Assembly (NCBI RefSeq): GCF_030028105.1
Contig: NC_092390.1
Coordinates: forward strand, 46,296,777-46,360,776
Direction of reading: 5' to 3'
Origin: Mobula birostris
Taxonomy: Eukaryota
Length of the DNA stretch: 64,000 nt
Part shown: positions 1-13,229 of the stretch, piece after piece
Numbering within the stretch: the first letter of the stretch is position 1
Layout of the letters: each line of letters opens with the position of its first letter
Notes under the pieces: generated by a model
Seen by the model: only the letters and a program-made list of their open reading frames with translations
Databases searched by the model: none
What the model was told of the DNA's origin: nothing
Translations under genes and position numbers: made by a program

Positions 1-850
1 TTCAAGTGGACTGTACTCTTGAAGTGTTCTCATTGATTAGGAACTACGGTAGAAAGAATTTCCTCTTTTCCTATGCTCTACATTTCTGTGTTTCTCCATT
101 TTATTTTTATTCAAAAGGTTCCACTCTTCAGCCATTACATTGCATACTTCCATTTTGTTCTGTGTTTTTAATCCAAGAATTTACACTGCCTCCCAAAGTT
201 GCTCCCCATTAGCCACTAAAACGGCAGCCCTTTGTACCTCCTGGGAATTGATTGATTCTTGCACCTCCAGAATTCCTGTCTCTTCACACCACTGTACATT
301 GACTCCATTCCACACTACAGGAGGGCTGGCTTGTACACATGTTTGAAGTAAACACATCAAAGTTCAGTACCACTGAATGAATAAGTGAAGGCTCTCAGCA
401 TTCTTAGCACAACTGATAAACATAAACACAAATGGGCCAGTGCAGCAACTTTTTGTTGTTGACCTGTTTTATTTTATTTTTTTAAAAAAGCCACAGAGCG
501 CACAGATATCATTCATCCCAACAAATCTATACAGCCTTGTCAAGTCTCATTAATTTCAGTGAGACTTGCTGAAGTTTATGAAAGGCAATTGATTGGTTTC
601 TCTGCTTTGCTGTAAGAAAATAAACTAATGCTTCTCTCATTTCAATGGGCTTTCAATTTAACTCATTCTCTTTTCTTACAATAATCCCTTATTAATCAGA
701 CTTTTGCAAACATAGCAACACAATTGCTTTATACCTGCCAAGTTTTATTGGGATTTTATATTAAGAAAATATAAGTACAAGGGGACTCAAATCGTTTTTT
801 TTTAGAATAAGCTTTTAAATTGTTCATCCCAGCATCCAGGACATCTTCAA

Positions 851-1190
851 AACGTGGCATCCATCATTAAGGACCCCCATCACCAAGGACATGCCCTCTT
901 CTCATTGCTATCATCAGTGAGGAAGTACAGGAGCCTGAAGACACACACTTAACGTTTCAAGAACAGCTTCTTTCCCTCCGCTATCAGATTTCTGAATGGA
1001 CAATGAACCTAGGAACATTATCTCTCTTTTTGCGCTACTTATTTAGTTTTATTTTCCTTTTTATATGTACCTCTTATTGTAATTTATAGGTCTTTATATA
1101 TAGTTCTTTACGTATTGCATGCAGTGCTGATGCAAAACAGCACATTTAGCTACATATGCCAGTGATATTAAACCTGATTCTGATTCTGAT
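851..1190 (+). mobile_element. Rex1/Babar-type LINE, 3' end fragment
   Basis: Encodes ASIIKDPHHQGHALFSLLSSVRKYRSLKTHT*RFKNSFFPSAIRFLNG (typical Rex1/Babar ORF C-terminus), then AT-rich 3'UTR and (TGATTC)n tail at ~1175-1190. Confidence 0.85.
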
Positions 1191-3712
1191 GCCGAATGTA
1201 ACACAGCAAGTTATTAGAGAGCTACGTTCAGTGCAACAATACCCACTGGATGCATACCGATTCTTCGGCGAACCCAATTGAAGATTTCTACACTAATAGT
1301 TTATCATATTGTAATTATGTTACTTTTGGATGCTTACATTCTTTCTACAGTAAGCCAATGATAGCTGATTATTCTGCTACCGCTGAAAATCAATTAAACA
1401 GTTAAATCCTAGTTACTTATGTAAAGATACTACTGTGGAATTTACTGTCTTTTTTTAGTGCTAATTATATTGTAAGATGGGACATGTACTCCTGTGCAAA
1501 GTATGATGTAAAAGATATGATTATATTTAGTCAAGGATCATTTGCTTCAAATGATAGAATAATTACACCAGTACAAGAAATATAGCCGACAGTGGGAGAA
1601 ATTTACCATTAATAATGCTATACATATGCACTATGTATACAATTAATATAACTAGAAGCTAATATTGTACGTTTAGAATTTTGTTAGATTGGTAATAGGC
1701 ATTTTGTTGGCAGGGTAACAGCCCCAGTGCAAAAAAAAACTTAAATGCACCACTGTTCCTGAGAACAAACATTCATATTAATGCCAGTGGTAGAGGAAAT
1801 GCCAAAACTGCTGGTGCATTACAGTTTGCAGAGCTTCGAATCCTCTCCCTGCAACTGGGCTATTAATGTGCTTGGAATGAGCTATGAAAAATCGATTCTC
1901 AAAGTACATTATATAGCTGTGCAAATATTTTAAGAATGTTGCAAAAATTTAGCAGTAGGCATGTGTAATGTTATCAAAAGTGACATAAAATGATAACATT
2001 TGGTCATTCCATTTTATCAACAGTGCTGTATGTGAGGTAGATTGAGAGCTCGTCTCTGCTACTATATGGCAATGGTCATAGTGAGTTGGACTTTTGTACC
2101 TACTAAGACAATGGGTATTTTATCGAATGTATATCTTGCAAAAATAATAGGAACTCCTTGGTTTACATTCTAAATGTTCATAAGCCTGAAAAAAATAGTT
2201 AAAAATATCAACTGGCAAATATTTACTATCCTCTTTTTAACAACTCCATTAAGCAACTTAAGTAATTTGACTGGCTATAATTTACATACTTCTGCATTTA
2301 TATATAGTACAACATATTTTTACCATAAAGCCTTTTAAAATGTTGTTATTTCATAGAGGAGTTCTGGAATGTGCCAGCTTCTCCACCACTTTATCACCAT
2401 GTAATGCTAGTTAAATTTAGTAACTTACCAAATGATCAGCTGAATATTAATTTTACATCTAGGTCATGTTCAACATAATTCTATGCATGCACTAACTAAT
2501 TGCGCATTTGAATATAATACCTTGATGAAGCTGCAAGATGGGAGCTAGCCGTGGAGCAGTGCTCCAGTATCAGGTGGCTCATTTTGTGGGAACCTATCTT
2601 GGATGTTTCGCCTTTAACCCTTTCCCACTGGATCAGGTCTCCAGACATTTGAAAAGAACTTATTGACAAGTCTGACTTCCTGAAAAAAAAAGTGCTGTTA
2701 ACTTGGCTTTGGATATCTCGCCTGAAGCCAGTGCTAGGGTAAAGTATCACCCTCGCTATTATAGCCACTTCTTTTACCACACCTCTCTACTGGCTGATAT
2801 TGTACATCTTCTTCCATCAATTGGCTCATGTTTCTACAATCCACTCTTACCTTCATTTTAATTGTTCTATTGTATATTCCTTTGGTATGTCTGATCTCAA
2901 AGCACTATGATGAAGTTCCTAAAATCATGAAAAAGTAATAGTGAATTTTAATGCTTCTCAAACTATAAATTTAATGTAAGAATGAAATCTAATACATTGG
3001 TGTATCCAAAGGAGCATTATCCCATAACTGATCTTGTTATAAATCTCAGATTCCAACAGCTCTGAGAACAAATTTGATAATTTGTTTATTTACCTGTTAC
3101 CATGGCCCAAATTTAGTTTCCTGGCCATTCTTGTGCCCTTTTAAGTTATGTAATTCCCTTCACATTTAAGGATTAAAATATAGCCTTTAATCAGTATAAT
3201 AGCAAAGAAACCTCACATTATCTTCCACATGAAGTAAACATAACTAACATAATAGGTAAAACAACAGTTTTAATTTTAACATGATTTAAACACTTAATGT
3301 CAAAAGCTAAATCTTCATAATTCAACACTCCTTACAATAGGCTTTTGTCATTCATTATGGAAAAAACATATGATCAAATTATTAGCTTATGATGTTTAAA
3401 AGTTGGCTAGACATTATCACTAAAACATCTGGAATAATTCAATTAACTTAGTAATACAAAACTGTATTTTATCAGTAAATATTCCAATACTTGAATCCTG
3501 CTACATGGAAACCTTGAAAAACATTTTGATGTGATGATGAAGTAATATTCATGAGAATACTCTAATTTTTGGTTTGACTCAAACTTTCAACATATTAGAT
3601 AATGTCTGTTCTTTCGGATTTCTTCTTTGTGACAGTGCTGTTAATTAAAATTAGTCAGCTACTCAAAGAGTTAACTTTTTGAATGTTAAGCTCCTCCTCC
3701 CCTGGGATAGAT

Positions 3713-3784
3713 TACCTACTAGCTGGAGTGTTGGAGCTTTTGACTTTCAACCAGATGGTGTGGGTTCAAGTCCCAGGACTGGCT
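3713..3784 (+). pseudogene. Degenerate tRNA(Lys)-like sequence / tRNA-derived SINE head
   Basis: A-box-like TAGCTGGAGTGTTGG (3720), gactttcaa anticodon-loop-like segment and B-box GGTTCAAGTCCC (3763) at tRNA spacing; resembles vertebrate tRNA-Lys but stems are broken. Confidence 0.45.
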
Positions 3785-4289
3785 GTCACTTCACATCATT
3801 TGCTTCAGATGGGTGATTTTTGTCAAGTGGAGGACCATGCCTATCTGAGGTACAGTAACCTAAGGGCTGCCAAAACTTATATAACCCATCCTCCTCAAGC
3901 TTCATTCGGTTACTAATTGGTGTAATTGGCTGGAGAAGCCTATGGTAGAATTTGCCTCATGTTCCTGAATGGAAGAGAGATTCCAATGATGAGTAAATTT
4001 ATCAGTATGTCTGAAATGGTGTCTAATTTTAAATTGCCCCCAACCTACTTTTCTACCTGTAATTTGTTTTAACTTTGTTTGTGTCACGTAATGAATTCAC
4101 ATACAATATGTGCTGAAAAAGTGAAATGATCACAAATCACATCAGAATTTCTGTTGCACTCCCAGCTGTCATTTATCTTAAATTTCCTCCAGGCCTTGAA
4201 TTTGGAGGTCACACTGAAAAGAGGGGAAAAAAAAGAAATGGTTCCTTCTGCATCTCCTGCATTCCTTCCACTCTTTAGCAAACCAACAA

Positions 4290-4630
4290 TGCAGTCACCT
4301 AAAGAAAGCCAGTGACAGTAATTGACCAAATGTGTGGAAAAAAAACTCTTCCAATGAATGAGAAAAATGTGAAAGTAGTTATAAATAACAAAAGTTTTTT
4401 AAAAATGCAATTATTACCAAATTTTCCAATGATATTTCTTACTGGAAACTAAAGAGTTAACAAAATGCCCAGCAAAATTGTCTTTAAAATGCAATTAGCA
4501 TCTGTGGTTTCTTACTTAGGAGCAGGCTTGTGTTTCTTGAAATAATGCAGATATCTGCTTCTAACACAAACCAGAATTGCTATGGGCCTAAATTTCCCAC
4601 TGAGGGGATATAGCCGTCTCTGCTAAATTA
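4290..4630. promoter_or_regulatory. Candidate conserved non-coding element (enhancer-like)
   Basis: Non-repetitive AT-rich block with TGACAG, TAATTG, GCAATTAGCA and CTAAATTA homeodomain/TALE-type words; conservation cannot be verified here. Confidence 0.3.
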
Positions 4631-5259
4631 GGGGGGAGGGGAAGGGGGGAAATATGTGTGGGTAAGGTCAAAGATGTAAATCAAAGCTGATCAGATTGAC
4701 ATTCTCATTTAAAAAAAATGAGTGACGACTTATCCTATTGGTCTAGTTATCCCATTCACTTTGTAACATTATGTGGTGTGATACACAAATAGTGACTGGT
4801 ATTGAGGGCAGTAAAATCCATTTCTGAGTTGCATAGGTATGAGCGACGAACAGTTCTACACTGCCAGAAGGCAAAGACTAGCAGAATTATAATGATGTAA
4901 TACAGCCAGCAATTAATACCAGCACATGAGTTAGTAGTAATTGTAGCTGTCTGAAGACTTTAGCAAGTACTGGCTTCAAAATCATTTTTGAATTGATGTC
5001 CTCTGGTCGTGAATCTGAGGACAAAGGGGAACTTTCTTAATCCTATGTAAATACATTTAGCCTCTCCCTAAAGGTTAAAAAGATGGTTTTGTTCTCCAAG
5101 AGTCACATTTTTTTCTCAGCGATAATGTTAGTTTTCCTCTTGTCATCAAGATATTTAATTTATGGTCACTGCGTAGAGCTGTACTGTAGAGCACTGTTTT
5201 TTCACCTTTGGTACTTGAGTGTAGGCAGCAGTGGGGAGCTGATGGTAAGGGCTGCAGGT

Positions 5260-5286
5260 GGGAGGGGGTGTTGGGTTGGGGTGGGG
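5260..5286 (+). other. G-quadruplex motif
   Basis: GGG-A-GGGGG-TGTT-GGG-TT-GGGG-T-GGGG: five G-runs with short loops. Confidence 0.6.
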
Positions 5287-5289
5287 ATT

Positions 5290-5445
5290 GGTTGAACACC
5301 ACCTTTGTGTGACAGCTGTTAAGAGTGCTGAGTGAAAATGAATTTCAGGCAATTTCAATCCAGTTCCCAGAAGACGTGAGTCCACATCATAAAGTGCCAT
5401 TAAATTTGACACTAATTAGCACAAATTTGATAACCTCAGATGCCA
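5290..5445. promoter_or_regulatory. Candidate conserved non-coding element
   Basis: Dense motifs: CCTTTGTG (Sox/Tcf-like), TGACAGCTG (Meis/E-box), CATCATAAA (Hox/Pbx-like), CCATTAAA, CTAATTAG palindrome. Confidence 0.4.
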
Positions 5446-7903
5446 CAAGAATCAGGAGTGTGGGAAGAGAAAATGTCAGCTTACTGAGGTAGGGGTGCTC
5501 TACTAAGGACAGAATGGGGTGAAATTGTCCTGTGGGGAGCATGCTGCAATGGATTCAGTCTATAAAATCAGCATGTCTAAAATTGACATGATATATAGTA
5601 AATTGCATCAACTTCAAACAATATCATCTGCTCAATTTTAAAATATGAAATTTCAATGCACATTAATTTGCAATTGTGCAATGTTTTGCTGCTGCTGAAC
5701 TTATCAAACAATGGAAAATATTCATATTTTAGATATTTTATATCTGATTTTTAATAAACTTATTATTTCATTAATCATGACAATTGTAACTTTCCTGCTT
5801 CAAGATTGCCACTGGTCTTAAAGTACCCAAGAGGTATCTCATTTGCCAAAAAGTGTACAGCAATTTGAAGATTCTTTTCTAACAAGTAACAAAAGGGGTA
5901 GATTTCAGTGCCGTGGTCATGAGGTGGAAGTTGTGGAGGTGGGAGTGGAATGCTCCCAACGATGACAGACATTTCTCAAGATGCCTTTAATTCAGGTACC
6001 TATTGACAAATTCAAAATGCATCCGAATTTCTGGATTAACTCAATCAAATTTAGAGTTCTGGCAAAGTCTGGGCATTCCGAGGGAGTCTCAAGCATTTAG
6101 TATGCCAGACAGATGTCATATTCAACTGAATTAGCATGCGCAGCCAATGTTCATTTACCACACTAAATAGGATAATGGGTGTTCTTCTTCCATCCTGGAG
6201 CCTTCATTAAGATGCAGATTGATGGTAGGCTGCAGTTAATTGTTATTATCAATTTGATCTGAATGAATATTCTAAGAGGAGTGGAGCATTAATATTGAGC
6301 ATTATGGGTTGGTATATCACCAAAACATGGCTGGAGGCAGTCTTGTCTTGGATCCTATGTTAAGGGTTGGGTTTAATAGTCTAAGTGTCCAGTGAGTATA
6401 TGTAGCTTGGAATTAATTTTGCTGAATATTCTTTCTGGAAGCTTCCAATCTCTGCTTTTTACTTTATTTTCTTTTTTTAAACACTGAAATTGATATCAGC
6501 CCTGGCCATAAGCTAATCTGTTATCAGAGGCAGGCACCAGAGAACAAGCCAAATGTTCAGGAAACAGTTTGTGCATTCGAATAGAACTTGTGGCATCCAT
6601 GACGGCTATCACAAGGACTATGAGGAAGACCGTGCAGCACTATCAGCAACTGGGAAAGGCTGTTTTGTTTGGCTGTATTCATGTATGGTTCACTGACAAT
6701 TGAACTTGAACTTGAAAGAAAACTGAGCAGAGTTAAGAACTCTGGACAATAATCGTTGGAACATTGATCAATAATTATAGTACGTACTGTTATGTGTCTC
6801 GTTTTCTGGTGTCTTATCAACAGAATATAGAACCTGACATTGTAGAGAATAAAATAATCATATTACCGCTCCTTCTCTGCTTCAGTGTTCTAACATATTA
6901 TGCCCCAACATATTGTGTCTCTGTGCAGAGTATCGCTTATTTTGTGCTACATTCCAAACTAGATTGGTGCAGTTGCAGAGAGTGCCATAACGTAAGATAA
7001 CACTGTGCCCTGGCTGCAGCTGATGTAAGTTATTTGGCAAGGTTTCTTCCAACTCCTCTCATTCAATTAGCCAGCTTTGGTCAAGTGTTTACATCCAGTG
7101 GCTTTATGAGAGCTGATTTCCAAGTGGGACAGATTTCACAGCAGTAAGCAGCCCAATGACTATTTCTAGGCAGTCAGTAGTTTTGTAACTAGGTTCCCTC
7201 AGGCCTCTTGAACACTTGGGGAATGAAATTTCTATCTATGAGACAGAGCAGTCTCAGAAAATCCTTCTAGCAGGAGTGCTCAGCTCAAACATCAAGTAGA
7301 AATATTTGCAATTACCAAGGGTCCTGCTGGCTGGCCAACCAGCACATAGACCCACTCTAGTGGTAGAGTGCCCTAAGCAGATGGTGAGCATCTGCATGCT
7401 CTTGGGCTAAAACTACCCATAGGCACTTAAGCAAAAAGAGACAGTAGTTCATGTATATATTTTCCTTCTCCTTAAAGGTCATGTAAATAATTTCATGCAA
7501 TAAATGTTAATGAATACATAAAAAGCTTAAACTGTGTTTAACATAATAGTGTAAGTAGCAGAACAGTGTTCCAGCATTCCTCTACATTTCCTTCAATGAG
7601 CTTGTTTACATACCTTTAAATAGTACCACTGAAACAGAAAGATGCAATCTGGCCAGAGTTTTTCATTGACTTGGTGGAAAATAGGTGAAAGTCACATAAA
7701 AGCGGGTTTTTAAAACTGAGCATTTTCTGTTATTACTTACAGACTTGCAGTGTTTGTGGGTTTCATTTGATAGTCAGTATAACATATTAATGTTTTTGCA
7801 AACTACTATGAAATGAACTGCTAGATACTTAGGCAGTGAGCTGGTGAGAAAACACTATCATAATGTTACCAGTCGGGGGCTGAAGGAACCAGCCGGACAT
7901 GTA

Positions 7904-8215
7904 CTAGAACTTGGGGACATAGCCTCAAGATTCGGGGGAGTAGATTTAGGATGGAGATAAGGAGGAACTGCTTTTTCCAGACAGTGGTGAGTCTGTGGAA
8001 TTCTCTGCCCAATGAAGCAGTGAAGGCTACTTCAGTAAATATACTTAGACAAGATTGGATAGATTTTTTGCATAGTAGGGGAATTAAGGGTTATGGGGGA
8101 AAGGCAAGTAGGTGGAGATGAGTCCATGGCCAGATCAGCCATGATCTTATTGAATGGCAGAGCAGGCTCGACGGGCCAGATGGCCGACTCCTGCTCCTAT
8201 TTCTTAAGTACTTAT
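7904..8215 (+). mobile_element. CR1 (HER1-like) LINE, 3' end
   Basis: RTWGHSLKIRGSRFRMEIRRNCFFQTVVSLWNSLPNEAV ORF2 C-terminus, followed by CR1 3'UTR (gggccagatggccgactcctgctcctatttctta). Confidence 0.9.
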
Positions 8216-8885
8216 AACCTTGAAAAAATTTGAAATCATGGAAGAATATATCTCGGCTGATAGAGCTGAGCAAATTTGGAGATGCTAGAGTGGGAAGAGC
8301 CATCAAAATTGTGAATTTGTTAATTTTCTTGTTGAGGCCTCTTGCTCATGGTGAAATGAAAGTACACCTGGTTCAGAGGACCTGATGTCCAGACACATAA
8401 GTGCTTAATCTATGTCGGCAGATCAATTCAATCTGAGGGACTGCTGGACTGTCAATGGTGTCCCTGCACCACCCACACTCTTATCCCCCACCCCACCCTA
8501 CTCTACCCTGACCACCTCCATTTACAGGTGGCAGTCACCAGCTGTGGCCTTTGACCAGGAACATCTGGCTAATTAGGGATGTTACAGAGCCTGAAGTAGA
8601 GTTAACGGGAAATGCATTGAATAAAATGTCTTACAGTTTTTCAGTACCTCAGCAGTTCTGGAGTTTCATGATGTCCCGACTAAAGACATGCATTTCCTCA
8701 TTCTCCTCATATCCCTATTGAAATGTTGTCTAAAGTGTACAAAACAAATCATTTCTTCTAATCCCTTTAAAACTCTGTCTCACCTAGGCAGTCCCTTGGG
8801 ATCAAGCTTAACCATATAAGGAACAAATCAGAGAACCACACTTCAAGGAGGATGTCAAAGCCTTCTGGGGTAGAGGGTAACATCA

Positions 8886-9450
8886 GCAGCTTGTATTTAT
8901 ACAAAACCTTTAATATTGTAATGTCTCTCAATGCACATCACAGGGTCATTATCAAATGCAGAGACATGTGGAGAAAGGTGCGCAAAAACAGAGATCAAAG
9001 GGTAATACTGATCTGAAACGCCCACAGTTATTTTCATTGACCTGAAATATTAACTCTTTTTCTCTCTTCACAGATGCTGCATGACCTATTTTTTTTACTT
9101 AAGGCAATTTATATTATTATTTTGGCTTTTAAAAAAGCTTCTTAAAGGAGAAAATAGAAATAAGAAAAAGCAAAAGGATTTTGGGAGAATATTCCATTGT
9201 TCAGGCCTAGGCAGCTGAAGATATGGCTGCCAATGTTGGAGCAATTAAATATACTCGAGGCCAGTGTTGGAAAGTACATATATTTCAAATAATTGCAGAG
9301 ATGGGAGATAATAGAGATGGGGAGGATTGATATCATGGAAGAACTCCCAAAAATAAGATAATGAACGCTAAAAATCAGGCCATTGCTAAATCAGGAGCCA
9401 GAATGTCAGGAGGCACATGGATAAGAGGTGAGTGATGCAAAGTGTGAGTT
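8886..9450 (-). mobile_element. Old L2-type LINE 3' portion, interrupted by a Penelope terminus fragment (~9030-9087)
   Basis: ttgtatttatacaaaacctttaa (reverse of L2 3' end) and aggcctaggcagctgaag...ccaatg typical of chondrichthyan L2; internal tgacctgaaatattaactc...cacagatgctgcatgacct matches the Penelope terminus. Confidence 0.6.
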
Positions 9451-9697
9451 TATGCAGATGGGATGACATTCAAATGTATTGTGGGGTGGGTAACTGAGGT
9501 TGCTTTCGTTGGAGCATAGAAGGGTAGAAAACAATTGAAAAATGATAAAAGGTTTTGTGAAACCAAAACAGAAAATCTTTCAGTATCAGAAGGCATCATA
9601 AACCAAAAGGATTTATGAAACAGACCAGAAGTGAATGGAGAAAACTTTCTCCACACAGTGAATTGTTCTGCCTGAAATAAATAAATAATAATTTCCA

Positions 9698-10008
9698 GTT
9701 ATTTAAAGGCATCTGTTAGTCTTGTGAGACCATGGATCTGCACCTGGAAAGTCTTCAGGGCACAGGCCTGGGCAAGGTTGTATGGAAGACTGGCAGTTGC
9801 CCATGCTGCAAGTCTCCCCTCTCCACGACACCAATGTTGTCCAAGGGAAGGGCAAGGGCCGATACAGCTTAGCACCAGTGTCATCGCAGAGCACTGTGTG
9901 GTTAAGTGCCTTGCTCAAGGACACAACGTGCTGCCTCGGCTGGGGTTCGAACTCACGACCTTCAGGTCGCTAGTCGAATGCCTTAACCACTTGGCCACGT
10001 GCCCACAC
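9698..10008 (-). mobile_element. tRNA-derived SINE with RTE-related 3' region
   Basis: Minus-strand A-box TGGCCAAGTGG and B-box GTTCGAACC; the 3' ~190 nt is nearly identical to 44952-45177; 8-bp TSD AATTTCCA at 9690-9697 and 10009-10016. Confidence 0.85.
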
Positions 10009-10077
10009 AATTTCCAACAAGTATATAGAAGTGAGAAAAAGTACTAGATTATAGAGAAGGAGTTGGAGCATGGGAAA

Positions 10078-10344
10078 ATTTATTGATTGAGATATAGTGT
10101 GAAATAGGCCCTTCTGAATCTTTGAGTCATGCTGCTCAGAAATCCCCTGATTTAATCCTATTCTGATCATGGGACAATTTACAATGACCAATAAATCTAT
10201 CAACCAGTACGTCCTTGGACTGTGGGAGGGAAAACCACGCAGCCACGGGGAGAATATACAAACTCCTACAGGTAGAGGCAGGAAGTGAGTCTGTGTCGCC
10301 TGTACTGTAAAGTATTGTGCTAACCACTACACTACCGTGCTACC
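10078..10344 (-). mobile_element. HE1-like SINE (tRNA head, CR1-derived tail)
   Basis: gggacaatttacaatgaccaat...ttggactgtgggagg...gctaaccactacactaccgtgc, the reverse of the HE1-type head/core seen at 23406, 50965, 58985 and 62470. Confidence 0.85.
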
Positions 10345-10784
10345 TTTTGGAAAGCTCTTCAGCACTCTTGAAGAGCTAGCAGAGCCATTATGGGCTAAAT
10401 GTCTTCCCTCTTTGCTGTATGGTTCTATGATTCCAATAATTGACTATTTTAGGTCAAGGCAGGTGGAAATCCCATTGACCTTAATATATTTTCAACAATG
10501 ATTCAATCTATTGGCAATGCACCAAGTATTTATAAGTAGTTATAGTCTCCGCAGTTCATACATTTTAGAGAATACCTTCAATATAATCAGGGAAGAGATT
10601 AATGTCTGATGGGCTGGAATCAATCCAATGCCTGGCAGTAACATTTTAAGTTCATTTGTACAGTAATAACATCCTTGTTGAGAAAAGACAGCCACATAAT
10701 TAGAGAGATCATAGCAGAGAATCAGGGCACATTTAATAGTCACCATCTTGGATCACTATTAGATGAGTGCAATTATTTTTTAAA

Positions 10785-11180
10785 ATTATTTTCAATGTCT
10801 GGGTGTCATTGATTTGGCAAACAATTATTACCCATCCCTAATTATCCCTGAGAATGTGGTAATGAGTTACTTCCTTAAGCTACTGTAGCCCATGCATTGA
10901 AGGATCTCCCACAGCTTTGTTCAGCAGGAATTGAACTCTGCTACCATGAGAGAAGCATAATGGTAATATACTGTATTTCCAAGTTAGCACAACATAGCAC
11001 TAGGAGAGCAATTTTTTGGTGGAGGTTTTCCATTCTGCTTGCTGCTCCAAACCTTCTAGGCATTTAGAGGCAAACGCACAAGGCACTTAGAGGTGGTTTG
11101 GGAAGTGATATAGAAGGAAGTCTGGTGATCAGCAACAATTATTAAATGTGGATGTAATGCACAATAGCCATGTTGGGTGA
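10785..11180 (-). mobile_element. Old CR1-group LINE, 3' end
   Basis: cccatccctaattatccctgagaatgtggtaatgag... same family as 47575-47940 and 14900-15070. Confidence 0.6.
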
Positions 11181-11476
11181 AGTTCGGGAGAAAGTAGTGA
11201 TGTGGCTTTATCTGGAGTGCAAGTCCTCAGCACTGCTTCCAGGGTATTATCTGGTTCCCAGACCTTTACTGGACCTAATGTACTCAGTTAGTCCTTGCTA
11301 TTACATGGGATTAGTTAAATTCACAGATAAGTATCTTCTGTGATGATGGGCAGGGAAAGACAAAGTCAGAAAGATGATTGAACATCCTTGGGGGAGTGTA
11401 CTCGGATCGTTTTATTTTCCACCTCCTGATGGTTACAACATTTGTCCTGAATCCACCTCATCCAGTACCATGGGAG

Positions 11477-11780
11477 GGGGCACAGTACTGTAGCAGTCGG
11501 CGTAACACTTTACAGCGCTACTGATTACCGATTGGAGTTAAATTTCCGCCACTGTCTATAAGGAGTTTGTACTTTCTGCCCGTGACCGCAGGGGTTTTCT
11601 CCTTCATTCCAAATACATACAGTTAGGATTAGGGTTAATGAGTGTGGGCATGCTATGTTGGTGCTGGAAGCATGGCAATGCATGTGGGTTACCCCAATGC
11701 AACCTTCAGACTGTTGATTCAAATCAACGTGTTTCACTCTATGTTTCGATTTACATGTGACAAATAAAGCTAACCTTTAT
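11477..11780 (+). mobile_element. tRNA-derived SINE (HE1-like head, Rex1-like tail)
   Basis: HE1-type head (ctgtctataaggagtttgtac), then gggttaatgagtgtgggcatgctatgttgg...atgtgacaaataaagctaa tail. Confidence 0.8.
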
Positions 11781-12029
11781 ATCGGTGGTGTTACATAACA
11801 TGATCCCAAATGTCCACAAGATAAACAACGTCCTCAATATGGCACAGATATTCCAGAAGATATGTCAAAAAGTCAGACAGAAGTCATGGATGGTAAGGGT
11901 TCCTACCGAGAAGCATGATGTGGTCTTGCTACCTTTCCTGCTTCCTGCTCATGGTGGCCAGTCTGAAAGTGCACTGACTCATTATCTGGGGGGAACACAG
12001 TAGGCGGTGATCCACAAAAAATTTTCTTA

Positions 12030-12195
12030 TCTATAATGAACCTAATTGTATGAGAGCTATGGAGTCTGTTGAAAATGTTTATTTTATGTCTATATTCTTT
12101 GTCATGCTGCAAAACGTTGAGCTGCTAAACTGTTTCATTGCTCCACAACAATGACAATAAAGATATTCTATTCTTCTTCTATTCTATTCTATATT
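12030..12195 (+). mobile_element. Rex1/Babar-type 3' tail
   Basis: ...aatgacaataaagatattctattc (ATTCT)n tail. Confidence 0.6.
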
Positions 12196-12506
12196 GAGGA
12201 ATTCACTCCTAATTTTATATCATTGTGCCACCTCTTCCATTGGAGGTACAATGAATGCAGCTGGAGATATTAAAATGTTGAATCAGATATATAAATGTTC
12301 AAATATTCAGTCTTTTGAGTGTAACAATGCTTTGTGCTTGGCTATTCTACTTTTGATGTTAGTGAGGAGGATTTTATGAAGTCAGTGGTCCAGGCTGTGC
12401 CTTTGCATCCAGTGCCTTGACTGATGCCCTATTTTCCCTTTCTTATTTTTTATAGCAGCTTATGAAGACAAATGCCTTCCTAGACACAATGGATTCTGTA
12501 GACAAT

Positions 12507-12608
12507 GGAAATCCTGAGCAACGCGTAAAATGCTGGATGAACATAGCAAGTCAGTCAGCATCTATGGGGCAAAATAAATAATCAATGTTTTAGTATGAGA
12601 CCCATTAT
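12507..12608 (-). mobile_element. Degenerate Penelope terminal (pseudo-LTR) fragment
   Basis: aaaatgctggatgaacatagcaagtcagtcagcatctatgg matches the terminus at 27425-27562 and 41907-42005. Confidence 0.7.
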
Positions 12609-12943
12609 AGTTCATAATGGTTCTGCTCTGATTAATACTCAGGCTTTCCTTTAGGTTAAGTCTATCTTCCATACTAACATTGGTACAATCTATCTCAAAT
12701 TAACAGATAAGTATTCATTTTGACCCTCTTCAGGTTAACTTATATGTTAAAACTAGCTAATGCTGGATATATTGATGTAATAATGTGCAATAATCCAATC
12801 TGACCAAAAGCCATTTTTGTTCCTTTTCTGAATATGTATCTGTTAACAGTCAAAGATGATTGAGTTCAGTGTTAAATTCGAAAGGAGAAAAAACAAAACC
12901 ATCACTAAGATTACAGATTTTGGTAAGGCTATCTTCAATGGGA

Positions 12944-13183
12944 TTTTAGCCATAGGATTGTGAATCTGTGAAATTTGTTGCCAGACGCAGCTGTGGAGGC
13001 CAACTCACTGGGTATATTTAAAGCAGAGGTTGATAGCTTCTTGATTAGTAAGGGCATCAAAGGTAATGGGGAGAAGGCAGGGGAATGGGGTTGAGCGGGA
13101 TAATAAATCTGCCATGATGGAATGGCGGAGCAGACTTGATGAGCCAAATGGCCTAATTCTGCTTCTATGTTTTATGGTCTTAT
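12944..13183 (+). mobile_element. CR1 LINE, 3' end
   Basis: VNL*NLLPDAAVEANSLGIFKAEVDSFLISKGIKGNGEKAGEWG C-terminus plus 3'UTR ending ttatggtcttat. Confidence 0.9.
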
Positions 13184-13229
13184 AATAGTCTTTTGGGATG
13201 AGACAGACAATTCAGACTAAACTGGTAAA

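Noticed and set aside
2595-2650. Possible hammerhead on the minus strand (CTGATCC...GCGAAACATC)
   Set aside because: The core is not CUGANGA and there is no convincing stem I or II.
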